Numbered from the stretch's first letter, positions 43,818 through 58,689 are shown. The stretch is DNA of 64,000 bases from Neocallimastix sp. 'constans' (GCA_050613775.1 JBODTK010000122.1:248001-312000), one strand, 5' to 3'. The notes: a model not told the origin generated them from the sequence alone. Program-made: numbers and translations.

Positions 43818-44255
43818 TTATTCTTTTAGAATACCACACCATTCTCCATTTTCAATACCCCAATTACCCTTATCATCAGTTATTACTACAGCAATATTAT
43901 TATTATTACAACATGGATAATCTGGTAATGACCAACATATCTCTTCCATCATAGATTCTCTTATAATACCACACCATTCTCCATTTTCAATACCCCAATT
44001 GCCCATATTATCTGTATAGATTACATCTATATTCTTATCTTTACAACATGAATAATCCGGTAAGGACCAACATGTATTTTCTTCTGATTCTCTAATAATC
44101 CCACACCAATTTTCATTTTCAATACCCCAATTACCATTATCATCTGTATAAACTACATCTGTCTTTTTATTACGACAACATGGATAATCAGGTAAAGACC
44201 AACAGCTTTCAGGAGTTGATATAATATTGATGGTGGTTGTCATTGATTTCTTAGC

Positions 44256-44292
<37 letters not shown>

Positions 44293-45980
44293 TTAAATGA
44301 AATTTCATTTGCATCTTTTTCAAAAATGTATGGGCCATCGGTAATGTTATAGGTATCTACTTCATAAGAAGTAATCTTCATTTGAACCTTACCATTTTCA
44401 TTTTTAAAATCTAAAATACCAAAAGTAGAAGAATAAGTTTGATTGTAGAAGTAAAGATAACCCATATCATAATCCTTAGTTTTATAGAGCTTACTACCCG
44501 TTGAAGAATTAGCTGTAATATACATTGTACCTTTATGATCTTTATAAATTTTGTTCCTTTCAATTTCTGTAATATTATACTTGTATTGATTTGAATTATT
44601 TATATCATAAGAAATAAAATGACTTGCAGAATAAATATGATCATGACCATTAATAACAAGATCAATTTTATTTTTATAAAGTAATTTTGTAAGCCATTGA
44701 CGAAGTAATAAAACTCTTTCTTCCTCTGAGTGATTAAATCCATTACTATAAATATCATGATGAAATAATGCGATTCTCCAATCAACACCTGGATAGGTTG
44801 AGCATGCCTTTTCCAATAATGTTTCATATTGTTCTTCAGTACCATAATTAGATTCGAGAACGATAATAAGTACATTATTATATTTAAAGAAGTAGCTATA
44901 GCCTGGGGTAACGCTAGCATAATCATATCCTGGAATTTGATTATTACTTTCAACCTCTAACGAATTTGGAGTATTAAAATGGTATCTAAAAGAAGCAGTA
45001 AACGATTCATGATTACCAACAGCTGAAGCAAATGGAACTTTTTGCATTAATTCTGGAAGCAGTAAGGATGAATACTCTTTTTCTTGTTTTATGAGATCAT
45101 ATTCCAATTCGTCTGGATATCTCAAAATATCTCTATCACTTGGAGATTGACCAGAGTCAGTATTATCTCCTGCAGATAAAATAAGACTTGCTTCATTTGC
45201 TTTTGAATAAGAATTGTATATCGTCATATTCCAATTGAAGGCATCGTTCCTAAGACTTTCATCATCATCAATATATTTATCAATGGAAAGGACATTATGA
45301 GAAGCTCCAATCTGTGGATCACCAAGGAAAATAAATCTGAAATTATAGGGATCATGAGTTTTAAATTCAATTGACTCTTCCCAATTTCCATTTAAATTTC
45401 TTTGATAATAATAAGTAGAATTTGGTTCTAAACCGATAACAGTAACTTGATTACAATAATATTGGGTACCATTAATTGCTTTGCATTTATAATTTGTACC
45501 TCTAACTTCATTTTCTTTGGTTAAATATTTTGTAGTACCAAAACGAATGAGAGAATAATCCGTAGTAGTAGAATACCAACCAAAATTAAGTTGAGATTCA
45601 TCTTTACCAGGTACAACAGATAACCGTTCAAAATTATTAACATCGATTTCTTTACCTTCGCCCCATTTTGATTTGAAATCATTCCATTGCTCTCTTGTTT
45701 CATCATATCTTTCACGATCATTCCAATATGGATATCCATTTTTCATAGCACAAACAGTATAAGTTCTACCATTTACTTTAAAGTTAAACCTTATATATAT
45801 ATATATATATATTAAATTTATTATATTAAAAAATAGTTATTAAAATTTCAAATAATATAATATAATATAATATAATATAATATTTAATTATGACTTAAAA
45901 AATATGTATATATATATTATTGTATAATATTTAATTATGATTTAAAAAATGAAATTATTATTATTATTATATATATAAAA

Positions 45981-46011
<31 letters not shown>

Positions 46012-47327
46012 CCATTTTCCAAATCCACTACTGTCATCATTTGGATTAATATAATCATATTTACAGCAATTGTAAAATGAAACTAATTTAATTTAATTAT
46101 AATATATATATATATTTTTAATAAATAAAATATCATTTTTAAAAAATCAAAAATAACAAAATTTTATTTTTGGATAAAAAAAAATACCTAATTTATATGA
46201 TTTTGTCCAGCATGTTTCAGCTGTCGATGAATAATCTATTTCTTGTGTGGTTGCAATTCCACATTTCTTTCCATTTTCTTCAGACCTTTATATTTATATA
46301 TAAATATTAATATTAATTTTTTTTTTTTTTTTTTACGAAATAGATCATATATACACATATATATATATATCATTTATTATACCATCTTTTTCCATATTTA
46401 TCAGTAACATAATCTAAATGATTTTCTAAACAACTTTCAAAGAATAGGTATATATATATATATAAAATTTTAAATAAATAATTAATATAGCAATATTAAA
46501 AATCAATAAAACCCTAATTTATATTAATTTAGTTTAAATAAAGTATAAAAATGTCTATAGAATATTCTTTAGATACCATTCATAACCATGTTTTTCAGCC
46601 CAACATTTTGATGCATATGGTTCTCTAATACCACACCATTCACCAGTAGCATAATTATAATGCCTAAATATATTTTTTAATATAATTTCAATAAATCTAC
46701 TTGATTTATATAAATTTATTTCAATAATATTATATTGAGAATTTCAAGCTACCAGTCACCATCACCATCAGAATAATTAATTTTTGTGTATTCAGGACAA
46801 CTAAATTTTTAAAAATAAAAAAAAAAAAGGTTAAAAAAAAAATTTTATAATACAAAAAATTTTTTAAATACAATAAAGATTTTTAAATTATTTACCATGA
46901 AACACCAAATTTCTCTGACCAACATTCTTTTTCTTGATAATCTTTTAAACCACACCAATCTCCATTTTCTTGTGCCCTAATATGAAATTAAAACAAAATT
47001 GAAAAAAAAAAAAAAAAAAATAAAAATAAAAATAAAAATAAAAATAAAAATAAAAATAAAAAATAAAAAATATTTTATTATTTTATTATTAATATTATTA
47101 TCATTATTATTATTATTATTATTATGATGATGATGATGATTATAATTATCATAATTACTATTACTATTATAAATATACTTATAAAATAAAAATTAAAAAA
47201 TATAATTTTTATATATATTACCAATCACCATCTGAATCTGATACGTTATCAATATGATTCTCTTTACAACTAAGTAAATTATATCAAATAAAAATAGTTA
47301 TTATAGATTATTATTAACTTTCTTTTA

Positions 47328-47396
<69 letters not shown>

Positions 47397-47612
47397 TATT
47401 ACTATTGGTATTATTAAAATAATAATTATAATTATTATCATTATTATCATTATTAAAAATCCAATGAATAATTTATTATTTTTTTTATAATAATTATTAT
47501 TAACTTTTAATTTATACCATTTAAAACCAAATTTCTCTGCCCAACATACTTCTTTAGCCTTAGTTAATGTTATAAATAACGATAATACAGGAATTTTTAT
47601 TAAACTTTTCAT
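43818..47612 (-). CDS. Secreted PAP-like metallophosphoesterase E: signal peptide, 4 dockerin-like modules, catalytic region, 3 dockerins, no CBM1
   Basis: 9 exons from MKSLIKIPVLSLFITLTKA; terminal exon 45789-43818; motifs GDPQIG, GDNTD, GNHE, GHDH; three CWSLPDY(P/S)CC repeats. Confidence 0.92.
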
Positions 47613-50412
47613 TTGTTATTATTTTACTTTAAAAATATAAAAAAAATGAAATGTTGATTTTTATTTTTCAAATAATTATTAAATTTTAATTTTATTTTAT
47701 ATTTAAATTTTTTTTCTTATTTTTAAATTTTAATTTTAATTCATATTTTTTTTTATTTTAATTTCTTTTCAAATTTTTAATTTCTTTCTGTTCTTGTTTC
47801 TATTTTTACTTTCAATTATTAATATCCTAATTTCATTTTTTTTCAAAAAAATAAAAAATTAGTATTCTTAAAAAATCAACATATTTTAATTAATTTAAAA
47901 ATTGTTAATATTTCAAATATTAAGTACTGAAAATTAAAAATAAATAATATATTCTTTCAAAGAAATATATCTTATTATTTTAATATTTTGTTTGATTATT
48001 AATTTTTTCCTTAATTTTAAAACAATAAATAATAATTCTTCAATACTATTATTGTCAATGTCATTGTAAAATTTTATTTCTATGTTTTTTTTTTATTTAT
48101 ATTATTAATTATTTTTATTTGTAACAATTATGTTACTATAAATAATTAATATCTTTTAAATATAGAAAAAACTTTTTTTTTTTATTTATTTATTTAAAAA
48201 GAATAATAATTAAAAATTTAGAAAAATTTTTATTAGAAGTACAATGAATAATTTATTTAAAGTACAAATGCAATAAAATATATTATTCCTTTCTATATAG
48301 TATTTATTAAAATATCTATATGAGGAAATTTATAAATATAGTCATTTTTTAAAAAAAAATTTTTTTTTTTTTTCATAAATATAATTAATACTTTTAAATT
48401 ATAATAATACTAAAATAATAATTAAAATGAACTTAATTATTATTATAATAAAATAAAAAAATTATTTAATTTTATTCAATATCTTAAAAAAAATAAAAAA
48501 TAAAATCATCAAATCTTAAGCTTTAAATTTATTAAATAATTAAATCAATATTTAATATATATTTAATATTCAAAGATAAAATAAACCACATTAACAATGC
48601 GTTACACAAATTTCAAATGTACTAGTAAAAAAAAAAAAAAAAAAATTTAAAAATATCAATTATTCATAAAGTAATATTTTATATTATTTAAAATTTTTAA
48701 AACAAAAACTTTAAAAAATTCTAATCCAATCGTATTTAGTTATAGTATAATAATATAATAATAATATATTTAAAAGATCATTATTATTATTATTATCATT
48801 TCCTTAAAATAAAAGCCATATTCTTAATACTTTTTTTTTTTTTTTTTTGATATGTCTTGTTTACTTTTTTGTTTTTTTTTTTCCTTTTTCTTTCAATATA
48901 CGAATTATTTACTATGTTATCTCTTATGATATGTAAACAGGAATTATTCACTTTTTATAACAAATAGGTTTTGTATTATTTGATTTTATATATATTTTTT
49001 ACATACAGGTCAACTATGCGTTATTTCTTTTCATAAAATATTCACAAATAAAGGATGTATAATAATTTATTGAAGTTGTACTCTTTTTAAATGTCCTGAG
49101 CCATTCAATAATTAGTTTATATTATTTAAAAAGTAACAATGGTGCCAATATATATAAAGTGGTATTTTCAACTAATTTATCTTTTTTCAGATATTACAAT
49201 GGAATTATTTTCTAAATCATTACTGTCATATAGTTCAAACCTAATATATATATATATATTTTTTTATTTCCATTAAATCAATAATTTAGATGAATTTAAC
49301 TTTTTAAGATAATACTAAAGAGAATCATTTTTAATATATTACTTCATTATTTCAAATTGTATATAGGTTAATACATTTAAAGCTTTATAAACACATAGAG
49401 AGATTTTACTAAAGCAATAAATATTTGGTTATATATATATATATATATATATATAAATATTGGAAGTTTTAAATAAAATAATTTTATTATAATTTACAGG
49501 TATATAAAGTTAAGTATAAATTGAACATAATAAAAAAAAAAAAAAAAAAAAAAAGTTAAAGATATAATAAGTTTTGAGTAAAATTGTATGAAATTTAAAA
49601 CATTTAAAACAATTAATATAATTCATTAATAAGTAAAATATATTGAAAAATATAATAAAAATGAAATTTTAGAAATATTAATATTCGAAAGTTAGAAATT
49701 TTTACTTTTCTTTACTTTATTATAATAACCAATAGATTATTGATATACTACATTTGATATCAATTAATAATACTATTTTAAGATGATGCTTAGTTTATTT
49801 ATTTTAAGAAAGACTATACTTTATTTGCTCTCGTTAAAATATTTATTTATAATCCTATTAAAGAATTCTATATATCTATTTTGTATATAAGCTTTACAAG
49901 ATTTTAACATTTATTAATATTGTGATTGTTTAGATTATGATTATGGGCAACATTTACATATTCTAGTTATATTCAAAGTGAGGAATACTTTGAGCATTAT
50001 TATTCTATAGTTATATAAATTTTTAAAAAAATATATAATATTATATAATATGGTTTATATCTAATATTATATTTATTTATCCTAAACTTTATTTTTTCAT
50101 TTTTTCATTTTACTATAATTTTTTTTTTTATTATTTATTTTTTATTTATAATAATTTCTTTTTTATTTTATTTTATTTTTTTTTTTTTTTATATTATTTT
50201 AATAGTTTCTTTTTATTTTGTTAATTATTTAAATTAATGTATAATATAATTAATAAAAGAAAGTATATTATTGTATTAGTTTAATATTTGATATTATTAT
50301 TTAATAGTTTAGTAAGTTATTTTGTTAATTAGTTAGCGTATTTGTCTATTTAGTTATTAGTTTACTTACTTATTATATTATTGGTTTAATATATTTATTA
50401 CCGAAATTTTAT

Positions 50413-50980
50413 TTAAATTTCAATTGGCTCGAGAAGTTCATCAATCCAAATATTAAAGTAAAAGATTTGATTAATATCAAATTTATTACAATTATTTAAA
50501 CCTAAAGTGTAAGAATCGATCAAACTAACACATTTGTCTATATATATTGGTGAATTGATGAAATTGCCATCACGATAGGAATTGGTCCTGTTTTCACCAT
50601 ATTCATCCAAAACTAAAAGATTCATCATTAAGAAGCATGATGCAGTGTATGTTATCGAATTTCAAGTTTAAATATCCATTATGAGTGGAGGGAATATCTC
50701 ACAAAGAATATGTGGAGTAATCATAATTAGCGAATGTAATTGGAGAATCTAGGATACAAGAAGTGTACATATATGTATTGCTTGATGAGTTATACATGTA
50801 ATAAGTTTTACTGTTGATAGTTGGAGGAAGTGTGGTAATAGTGGTTTCAGAACCAACTATATTATGCCATTCACTTTTTTTTTAATACCCTCATTGATCA
50901 TACTTCGTCAGTAGTAACAACAACAGCATCTGGATCAGAGTAACATGAATAACTTAAAGCTTCAGAGAAGAAGACTGTGA
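50413..50980 (-). pseudogene. Decayed dockerin plus ricin-B-like gene
   Basis: FSEALSYSCYSDPDAVVVTTDE (eroded dockerin), a TTITTLPPT linker, then KTYYMYNSS...DKCVS...LGLNNC...NQIF, with stops and frameshifts. Confidence 0.55.
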
Positions 50981-51346
50981 TAAATATAACATAAAATACT
51001 ATACTTGAATGATTCATACATGAAAAAAAAAAAATGAAAAAAAAGGAAATAAGGAAAAAGATACATGGATGATACTTTTTTTAAAAAATTTTTTTTATAA
51101 TTAATAACTTTGATAAATGATGAATTAGCAAATGATTACAGTAACAATAAAAAATAAAAAAATACTATAATCTAATCATAGAATTTTCGTTTAAAAGGAT
51201 AATACTTTAAAAATATTATTCATTTTTTTATTTGTGTTTAATAATCATTACATTATTTTTTTCATTTTTTTCATTTTTTTTTTTAATACATTTATTTTAC
51301 ATATTAAATTTCTTTATATATTATATTTATATATATATATTTTTTA

Positions 51347-51388
<42 letters not shown>

Positions 51389-51464
51389 TAATTTAATTTT
51401 AATTACTGTTATTAAAATAATTTCTTATATTAATTTTTTTTTTTTTTTTTTCTTTTATTACTAT

Positions 51465-51575
51465 TAATATTATTATTATTATTATTATTATTTTAATTTT
51501 AATTTTTTATTATTATTTCTAATATATTTATATAAAAAAAAAATAATAATAATATAAATAAAATATATATATATA

Positions 51576-51616
<41 letters not shown>

Positions 51617-51725
51617 TTAATTTTAATTTTTTATTATTATTTGTAATATATTTATATAAAAAAAGTAATAATAATATAAATAAAATATATATATATATTT
51701 TTATTATTATTATTATTATTATTAA
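51465..51725. repeat. Direct duplication of an approximately 125-bp AT-rich segment
   Basis: ttttaattttaattttttattattattt.taatatatttatataaaaaaa.taataataatataaataaaatatatat occurs twice. Confidence 0.8.
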
Positions 51726-51849
51726 ATATTATTTTAATTCCTTTAAATTATTTACATATATATTTATTTATTTATATAGAAATATTATATTTATAAACTA
51801 TTTATTATTTATATTTTATAATAGAATGGAATGATAATAACGCATTTGC

Positions 51850-52780
51850 TTAATTGTTTTGATTAGAATTTGAATTAATCAAATCATTATAATTACTATT
51901 ATTAATATTACTAGTATTTATACCAAAAGTATTATTATTAATAATTATGTCATTATTATTAATATTATAGCCATTTTCATTTCCATTATTGTTATTATCA
52001 CTAGTTATCAATGGTAATGATAATAGTATTGGAGAAAAACTATTAATACCATTGTAATTAACATTATCATTATTGTTATTATTATGGTTATTATCATTAC
52101 TAATTTCACTTCCACCATTATCATTTATCATTGGTAATGCCAATAAAGTTGGATAATTGATTGGTGAATAAAATGGTGCTAAGGTTGGCGAAAAAGTAGA
52201 AGAAATATCTGGTGAAAGAGACTGAGATACAACTCCATTAGACATAAGTGGAATTACTATATTGTTCATACTATCCATATTATTTAGATTGTTTACATTA
52301 TTCATATTATTTAATGTATTCAAAGTATTCATAGTATTCATATTATTTAAATTATTTATACTATTCATAGTACTTATACTATCCATATTATTCATATTAT
52401 TTGTATTATTGGTATTATTAATTCTACCTAATGAATAATAATTATTTGGAGTACTCATATTATTTATATTATTCACATTATTGGTATTACTGGTATTATT
52501 AATTCTACCTAATGAATAATAATTATTTGGATAATTCATATTATTCATATTATTCATATTATTGGTATTATTAATTCTGCCCAATGAATAATAATTATTT
52601 GGAGTATTCATATTATTTATATTATTCATATTATTGGTATTATTTGTATTATTAATTCTACCTAATGAATAATAATTATTAGTGCTAATATCTCCATTTG
52701 TTATATTATTTTGATGATTATCATTATTATTGCTAATGTTGTTATTATTGTAGTTATAATTATTTTCATTATTACCAGTA

Positions 52781-52832
<52 letters not shown>

Positions 52833-53987
52833 TAATGTTTATATCAGTAATTTCATTGTTATCGCTTGTAGTATTACTTTTGTTGCTATTATTATTATTT
52901 TTAGTATTTTGATCATTGTTATTATTATTGTCGTTGTTATTGTCATTTTTATTGATATCACTTTTAATTTCTTTATCATTACAATCATTTAAAGATATAT
53001 CTTCATAAACTTTAACCCTTTTGATTTTTTCGGTAACAATAATATCATAGTTTTTATCATCGCTATCATTATCGTCCTTATCATCACTTTTTTTCTTACG
53101 AACAATAACAAAACCTATTATTGAAATAATTAGAACTACAACAATAGCACCGCCAATTAACCCAATTATCGAACCTAAATTATTATTTTTATTATTATCA
53201 TCAGTTGGGTTATTGATATTACTTGACTTATTTTTTGATTTTAATGGTGCCTTTGATTGTTTGCTTTTTATTTCTTCAATATCATTGGAAGTGCATGGAG
53301 TAAATGAATTAGTATTAATATTTGCACATGTTTCTGACTGATAACACAAAATATCTGTTCCATCTAGTGCACAATCATTAATATTTTTATTACCGAAATT
53401 AATAACTCTAGTTTTTAATTTAGAATTATTAGATATTTTACTGTAATAAAATAGAATAAATAAAAACAAACATGTATATGTATATATTGGTTATTAGAAT
53501 TTAAATAAAAATTATTTCATTTTTAAGGGTTTTAAAATTTTATAATAAAATAATAATTATATATTTATATTTATATATTTATTTATATTCTAATTACAAT
53601 TGTTTTAAATTTGGCAATTTAAATAAATCAGGGGGAAGTTCAGTTATTTCAGTACTACTAAAATCACTATAAATAATAATAAAAGTAAAGTTTAAATTAA
53701 TAAATTTTACAGCAATATATATTCTTGTAATAAATAATAAAAGTATTAACTTTAAAATAAAATATTTTTAAATTAAATTGTAGTAATAAAATAAAAATTC
53801 TTATAAATTATATTTATATTTTTTACAATTCGATTAAATCCGCTAAGGCTGTAACTTCATCCGGAATTTTTGCAATAGGATTTTCAAATACAAATCTTTT
53901 AAATGATATTTTAAATTTTTATATTAAGTAAATTTTAATCTAATTTTATTATATCATTTATAATTAATTGTTATATATAAATATTAT

Positions 53988-54021
<34 letters not shown>

Positions 54022-55307
54022 ATATTTACAGTGTATGCATTTGTTTTGGAATATTGAATATATCTTCAACTTGATTTTTTCCAACATCACTGTTTTTCGA
54101 ATATTAACAGTTTAATAATATTTAATAATATTTAATTGATTAATAAATAAATAAATACAGATTTAATAAAATAATATATTTATAATTTTATGTTTTTTGA
54201 TTTACATTTCATTAAGACTTTTAAAATTTTTTAAATCAATAGTACCAGAAATTTTATTATCCATTAAGTAACTTTAATTATTATAATTATTAAAATTAAT
54301 TTAAAAAATTCAAAAATTATAATATTGTAAATATAATAATTATAATATTATATATTAAAAATACATGCATATTTTAAATTAAAATTCATAATATTTACAG
54401 ATGTTGCAAATTTGGTAAATCGCTAAATTGAGTTGGGAATTCAGATAATGCATTATGTTCCAAGTTACTATATATTAAATATTTATATTTTTGAAAATAA
54501 ACAAATAACATGAATAATAATTATCAATTATTATTTAAATATTTATAAGCTTTTATATAAAAATAAACGTTTTATAAAATATTTCAAAAGTTCAATAAAT
54601 GAAAAAAAAAAAAAAATACATTTCTGTTACTGGACAGTTTTTATTAATAAATTTTGGAATACTGGAAATATTTGATTCATAAACTTCTCTAATTATTTTT
54701 TATTTAATCATTAAAAATATTTATTATATTAAATAAAAAGATAAATATATTTTTATTATTTATAACAAATATATATATATATAATTAAAACTTACAATTT
54801 ATTTAAATTTGGTTGATCGAAAAAAGTAGAAGGTAATATATTACCATTAATACCTGGAATACCGACGCCCCTTTTATTTATTTATTAAATATTTAAAAAA
54901 TATATATATATTTAATTTAAAGTTTTTAAAAAAAATTATGATAGCATTGTATATTTTAAACTTACAAAGTTATTAATCTTTCAAAAGTTGGAAATCGTGA
55001 AAATTCTGATTTTTCAGAAATATCTGATTTACTCCTAATAATTCATAAAAAATAAAAAAAGCATTATTAAACCATTTAAATAGTTCATGTTTTTTTTAAA
55101 ATATATATACATATTTGTTACTTACAATTTTAATGTAGTAATAAAACCTTCGACACATTCCGCTAAACCTTTTTTACAACATTCAGAATCTTGGCTTTTA
55201 CCTAAAAATTCATTTAATTTAGCGCAATCCTGAGAAACAGCACCAGACAATAAAATGACATTTGACAATAAATTTATTGAAAATAAACTCACAACAAGAG
55301 ATTTCAT
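51850..55307 (-). CDS. Single-pass LRR receptor-like protein with an Asn-rich cytoplasmic tail and no kinase domain
   Basis: Signal peptide and Cys cap (DCAKL...ECC...C) in exon 55307-55126; about eight ~70-bp exons each encoding one LRR (e.g. LEHNALSEFPTQFSDLPNLQH); last exon 53440-51850 with TM helix IIGLIGGAIVVVLIISIIGFVIV followed by RKKK. Confidence 0.85.
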
Positions 55308-55831
55308 TTTCTATCTTCTATTTTATTTAAAATTTATTTTATCAATTTTTATATAAAACAAATAAATAAAAAATATATACATATATTTTTAAATACGCAT
55401 TAATTAATATAGTAATAAATAAATAAAAATATTTATTAATAAGAGTTAATAAGAAAACAGTATTTATTACTTGTTAAATATTTTTTTTTGTTACAAAAGA
55501 AAATGAAATATATAATATAAAAAACATTTAAAATACCAAAAACTATTAATACATGTATATACAAATACATTGTTTTTAAAATTATTGTATTTATATTTTT
55601 TAATAGTAATTATGCTTATTTCTTTTTATATAGTTACCTATATTGTAAAAATAAAACATAATTTAAATTGTAAGTTCAATTATGAATTATTTTATTTTAT
55701 TATGTTTATACATAATAATTTTTTTTCTTTTATTTTCCTTAAATTATTATTATTATTATTTTTTTTTTTTTTTTAATAAAAAAAAAAAAAATTATTAAAA
55801 CTGTTAATTTTTTGTTTATGAATAAAATATA

Positions 55832-55865
<34 letters not shown>

Positions 55866-56578
55866 TTCCTTTACTGTAATAGTTTCATATATTTTTCATC
55901 AATTTAGTCATATTAATATTATTATTAAACTATTATAAATCTATTATTAATATCACTAAATTAATAAAAATAAGATTTTTAGTTATTTGATAAGGTTTAA
56001 GCACTGCTTTTTTTTTTTTTTTTTTTCTATGAAAATATTTTTTTATTTAATATTTGGAATATTTGTAATACAAAAATTTTTGTATTATTAAAATTAAAAA
56101 ATATTAACATAAAAGATGTAATTATTAAAAACAAATATATTTAAACAAAATTTAATTATTTATATTTATATATATATATATAAAATAAAATTTTTAATTT
56201 ATTTAATTAAAATCAGTAAAATAAAATACTTTTTCATATAATTATTTATTTATTCATTCATTATACTTTAAAATCGTAAAAAAGTATATTTTTAAATATA
56301 AATAAATATTCATTTAATATAAATTTAAATAGACATAAAATTTAACAAAACAGACAATAACTGGACATTTATGTTTTATTTATTTATAAATAAAATAATA
56401 AAAAGAACATTCATATAAGTAATGATATTTACATTATTACTATTAACAATGATGATGTATTAGGAATAATAAGCAAGGTCTTTTTTCTACATACTTTATT
56501 TTAATTATTACCAAATTTTGTTTAATGTTTAAATCTGAATTTTTTCAAATTGATAATTAAATATTTTTTATTTACTTT

Positions 56579-56612
<34 letters not shown>

Positions 56613-56989
56613 AGTCCGTGAATTATATATATAATATATATAATTAAATAAATAAAAAAAAAAAAAAAAAAAATTATATAAAATGTAAACCAAATACAAG
56701 TTAATTATAATAAAACAATCATGAAAAAAAAAAATTATAATCATAAAATGATAATTAAGTATTTAATTAAAAACAAAATTTTATTTAATTTTCTTTCCTT
56801 TTCTTTTTTTTTTTTTTTTTTCTTTTTTTTTTTTTTTCTTTTATTTAATTTACATTTATTTAATAAAAGTATAAATAATATAAATAATATATATTGATAT
56901 AAAATAAAATTATTATTATTAATTATAATATTATTATAAATATTTATATAAGAAGAATATTCAGAATAATTAGGGAATATTAATTTAAA

Positions 56990-57383
56990 GATATTTTTAT
57001 TACCTTCTAAATAATGTCTTAAAATTTTTCTTGAAAGTATTTCTTTTTTATTTTTTGAAAATGCATTGAATTTAAAGTCATTATTTTATGAAAAATTATA
57101 TAAAGGATAATTATTTATAATTGATGCTTTTTCATTTTTTACTTTAGTATATACAAATCCTATAATAACTGGGGAATTGTTTTTTATTAGTAATTTTCAA
57201 TTGTAAATGAATATTATTTTCTTCATTTTTTAATTTTAAAATTTTGAAAAATTATACATATATTTTAATGGTTATATAATATAAACTATAAATACGTATA
57301 TATTCATATATAAATATATATATATATATATTCTGATTTTTTTTTTTAATTTTAAATATTTTTAGAAAAACGGAGACAATTAT

Positions 57384-57421
<38 letters not shown>

Positions 57422-58420
57422 TTATTTTCTTAAATTATATTAAAAATGGATAATATAGCGAAAAATATCCATATCCATATAAATAAGCTTCATAATTATC
57501 ATTATATTCTTGAATAAAATTTTTTAGCAATTCTTTAATTTTATCAATATAAATTTTATTTGATATATCTGTTTTTTAAAATTAGGATATATGTATTTTT
57601 AATTATAAAAGTCATATATAACATAGGGATATTTAATAGGTTAATAATTCTTTTTTCAACTATATTATGAACATTACCATGGAATATTTGTATATTTAAA
57701 ATTTTAAAAAATTCTGATATATAAGTATTATTGAAGATATTTAAAGTATTTAATAAATGACACTTTACTATATCAAATATAAATACTGTTAATATTATTT
57801 TTAAGTAAAAATTATAACATTAGTATCATGTGCTACTAAAGCATTATTCATTATCACCAATTCTTAATCCGCCATTAAGAGATTTTCCTTCAATAGGTTA
57901 TTTATTAATAGAATTAAAATTTCCAATAATACAATAAAACTTTTTTTTTTTTGAACTTGATGTTGCAAGGCAGTGTAGTAGCAAACTCCAATAAAGGCAT
58001 TTCCAATAAAATTACGGATGATTAGATTGACCATCTCTTCTAAAATTCGAATATCATTTCAATGAATTATGATTTAAATGAGCTTAAATCTTCACTTTCT
58101 ATGGATGAATCAAAAAAAAGTTCCATATTTTTGTGGATCCATAATCATACATATACCGATATACATTTCAATTAAATGACCTACAGTCATTCTAGAAGGA
58201 AAAACAAATCATATGGATTTACAAGTATATCAGGAATAACTTCATATTTTGTTATTAGTATCATTTATTCAAGTAATATTGAACCAATCACTCTCTTTTG
58301 AGCATATCGGATTACAAATTTATCACCTTGTTATAGTTGATATGAATGTCGAACTTCTACACGACAATAGCATACATCATATTTGGTATATCTTGTACAA
58401 TGATCCACAATCATAGGCCA
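56990..58420 (-). pseudogene. Decayed, intronless, divergent multisubunit RNA polymerase remnant (beta/RPB2-like C-terminal motifs, possibly continuing into beta'-like sequence)
   Basis: Colinear motifs QGDKFVIRYAQKRVIG (~58330-58283), IPDILVNP, FPSRMTVGHLIE (~58200-58167), FIGVCYYTALQHQV (~57995-57954) and PIEGKSLNGGLRIG (~57897-57856), with stops and frameshifts. Confidence 0.8.
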
Positions 58421-58689
58421 TATGAAAATATTCTCTACAGTATCATTATTTGATAAATAAGAAAGACGTCTTCAAAAATCATTATTATTCAAAGCTAAAT
58501 TTTCATCAAATTTAATATTCTTTGAAATCCATTCTCCCATTCTTTATTACCAATATCATCATCTTTTTTATCTTTTATTAATATATTATTAAGTATTTCA
58601 TTATACTCGCATAAGAAAAGTTCTAAAATTTTTCATCAATAGAAAAATCTGGACCTACTAACACAGATAATCTAAAATATTTTACAAAG

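Noticed and set aside
47325..47612. 95-aa ORF as a standalone gene
   Set aside because: It is exon 1 of phosphoesterase E reading into an intron
48890..49240. Coding-like composition patch
   Set aside because: No recognisable motif in the frames I translated
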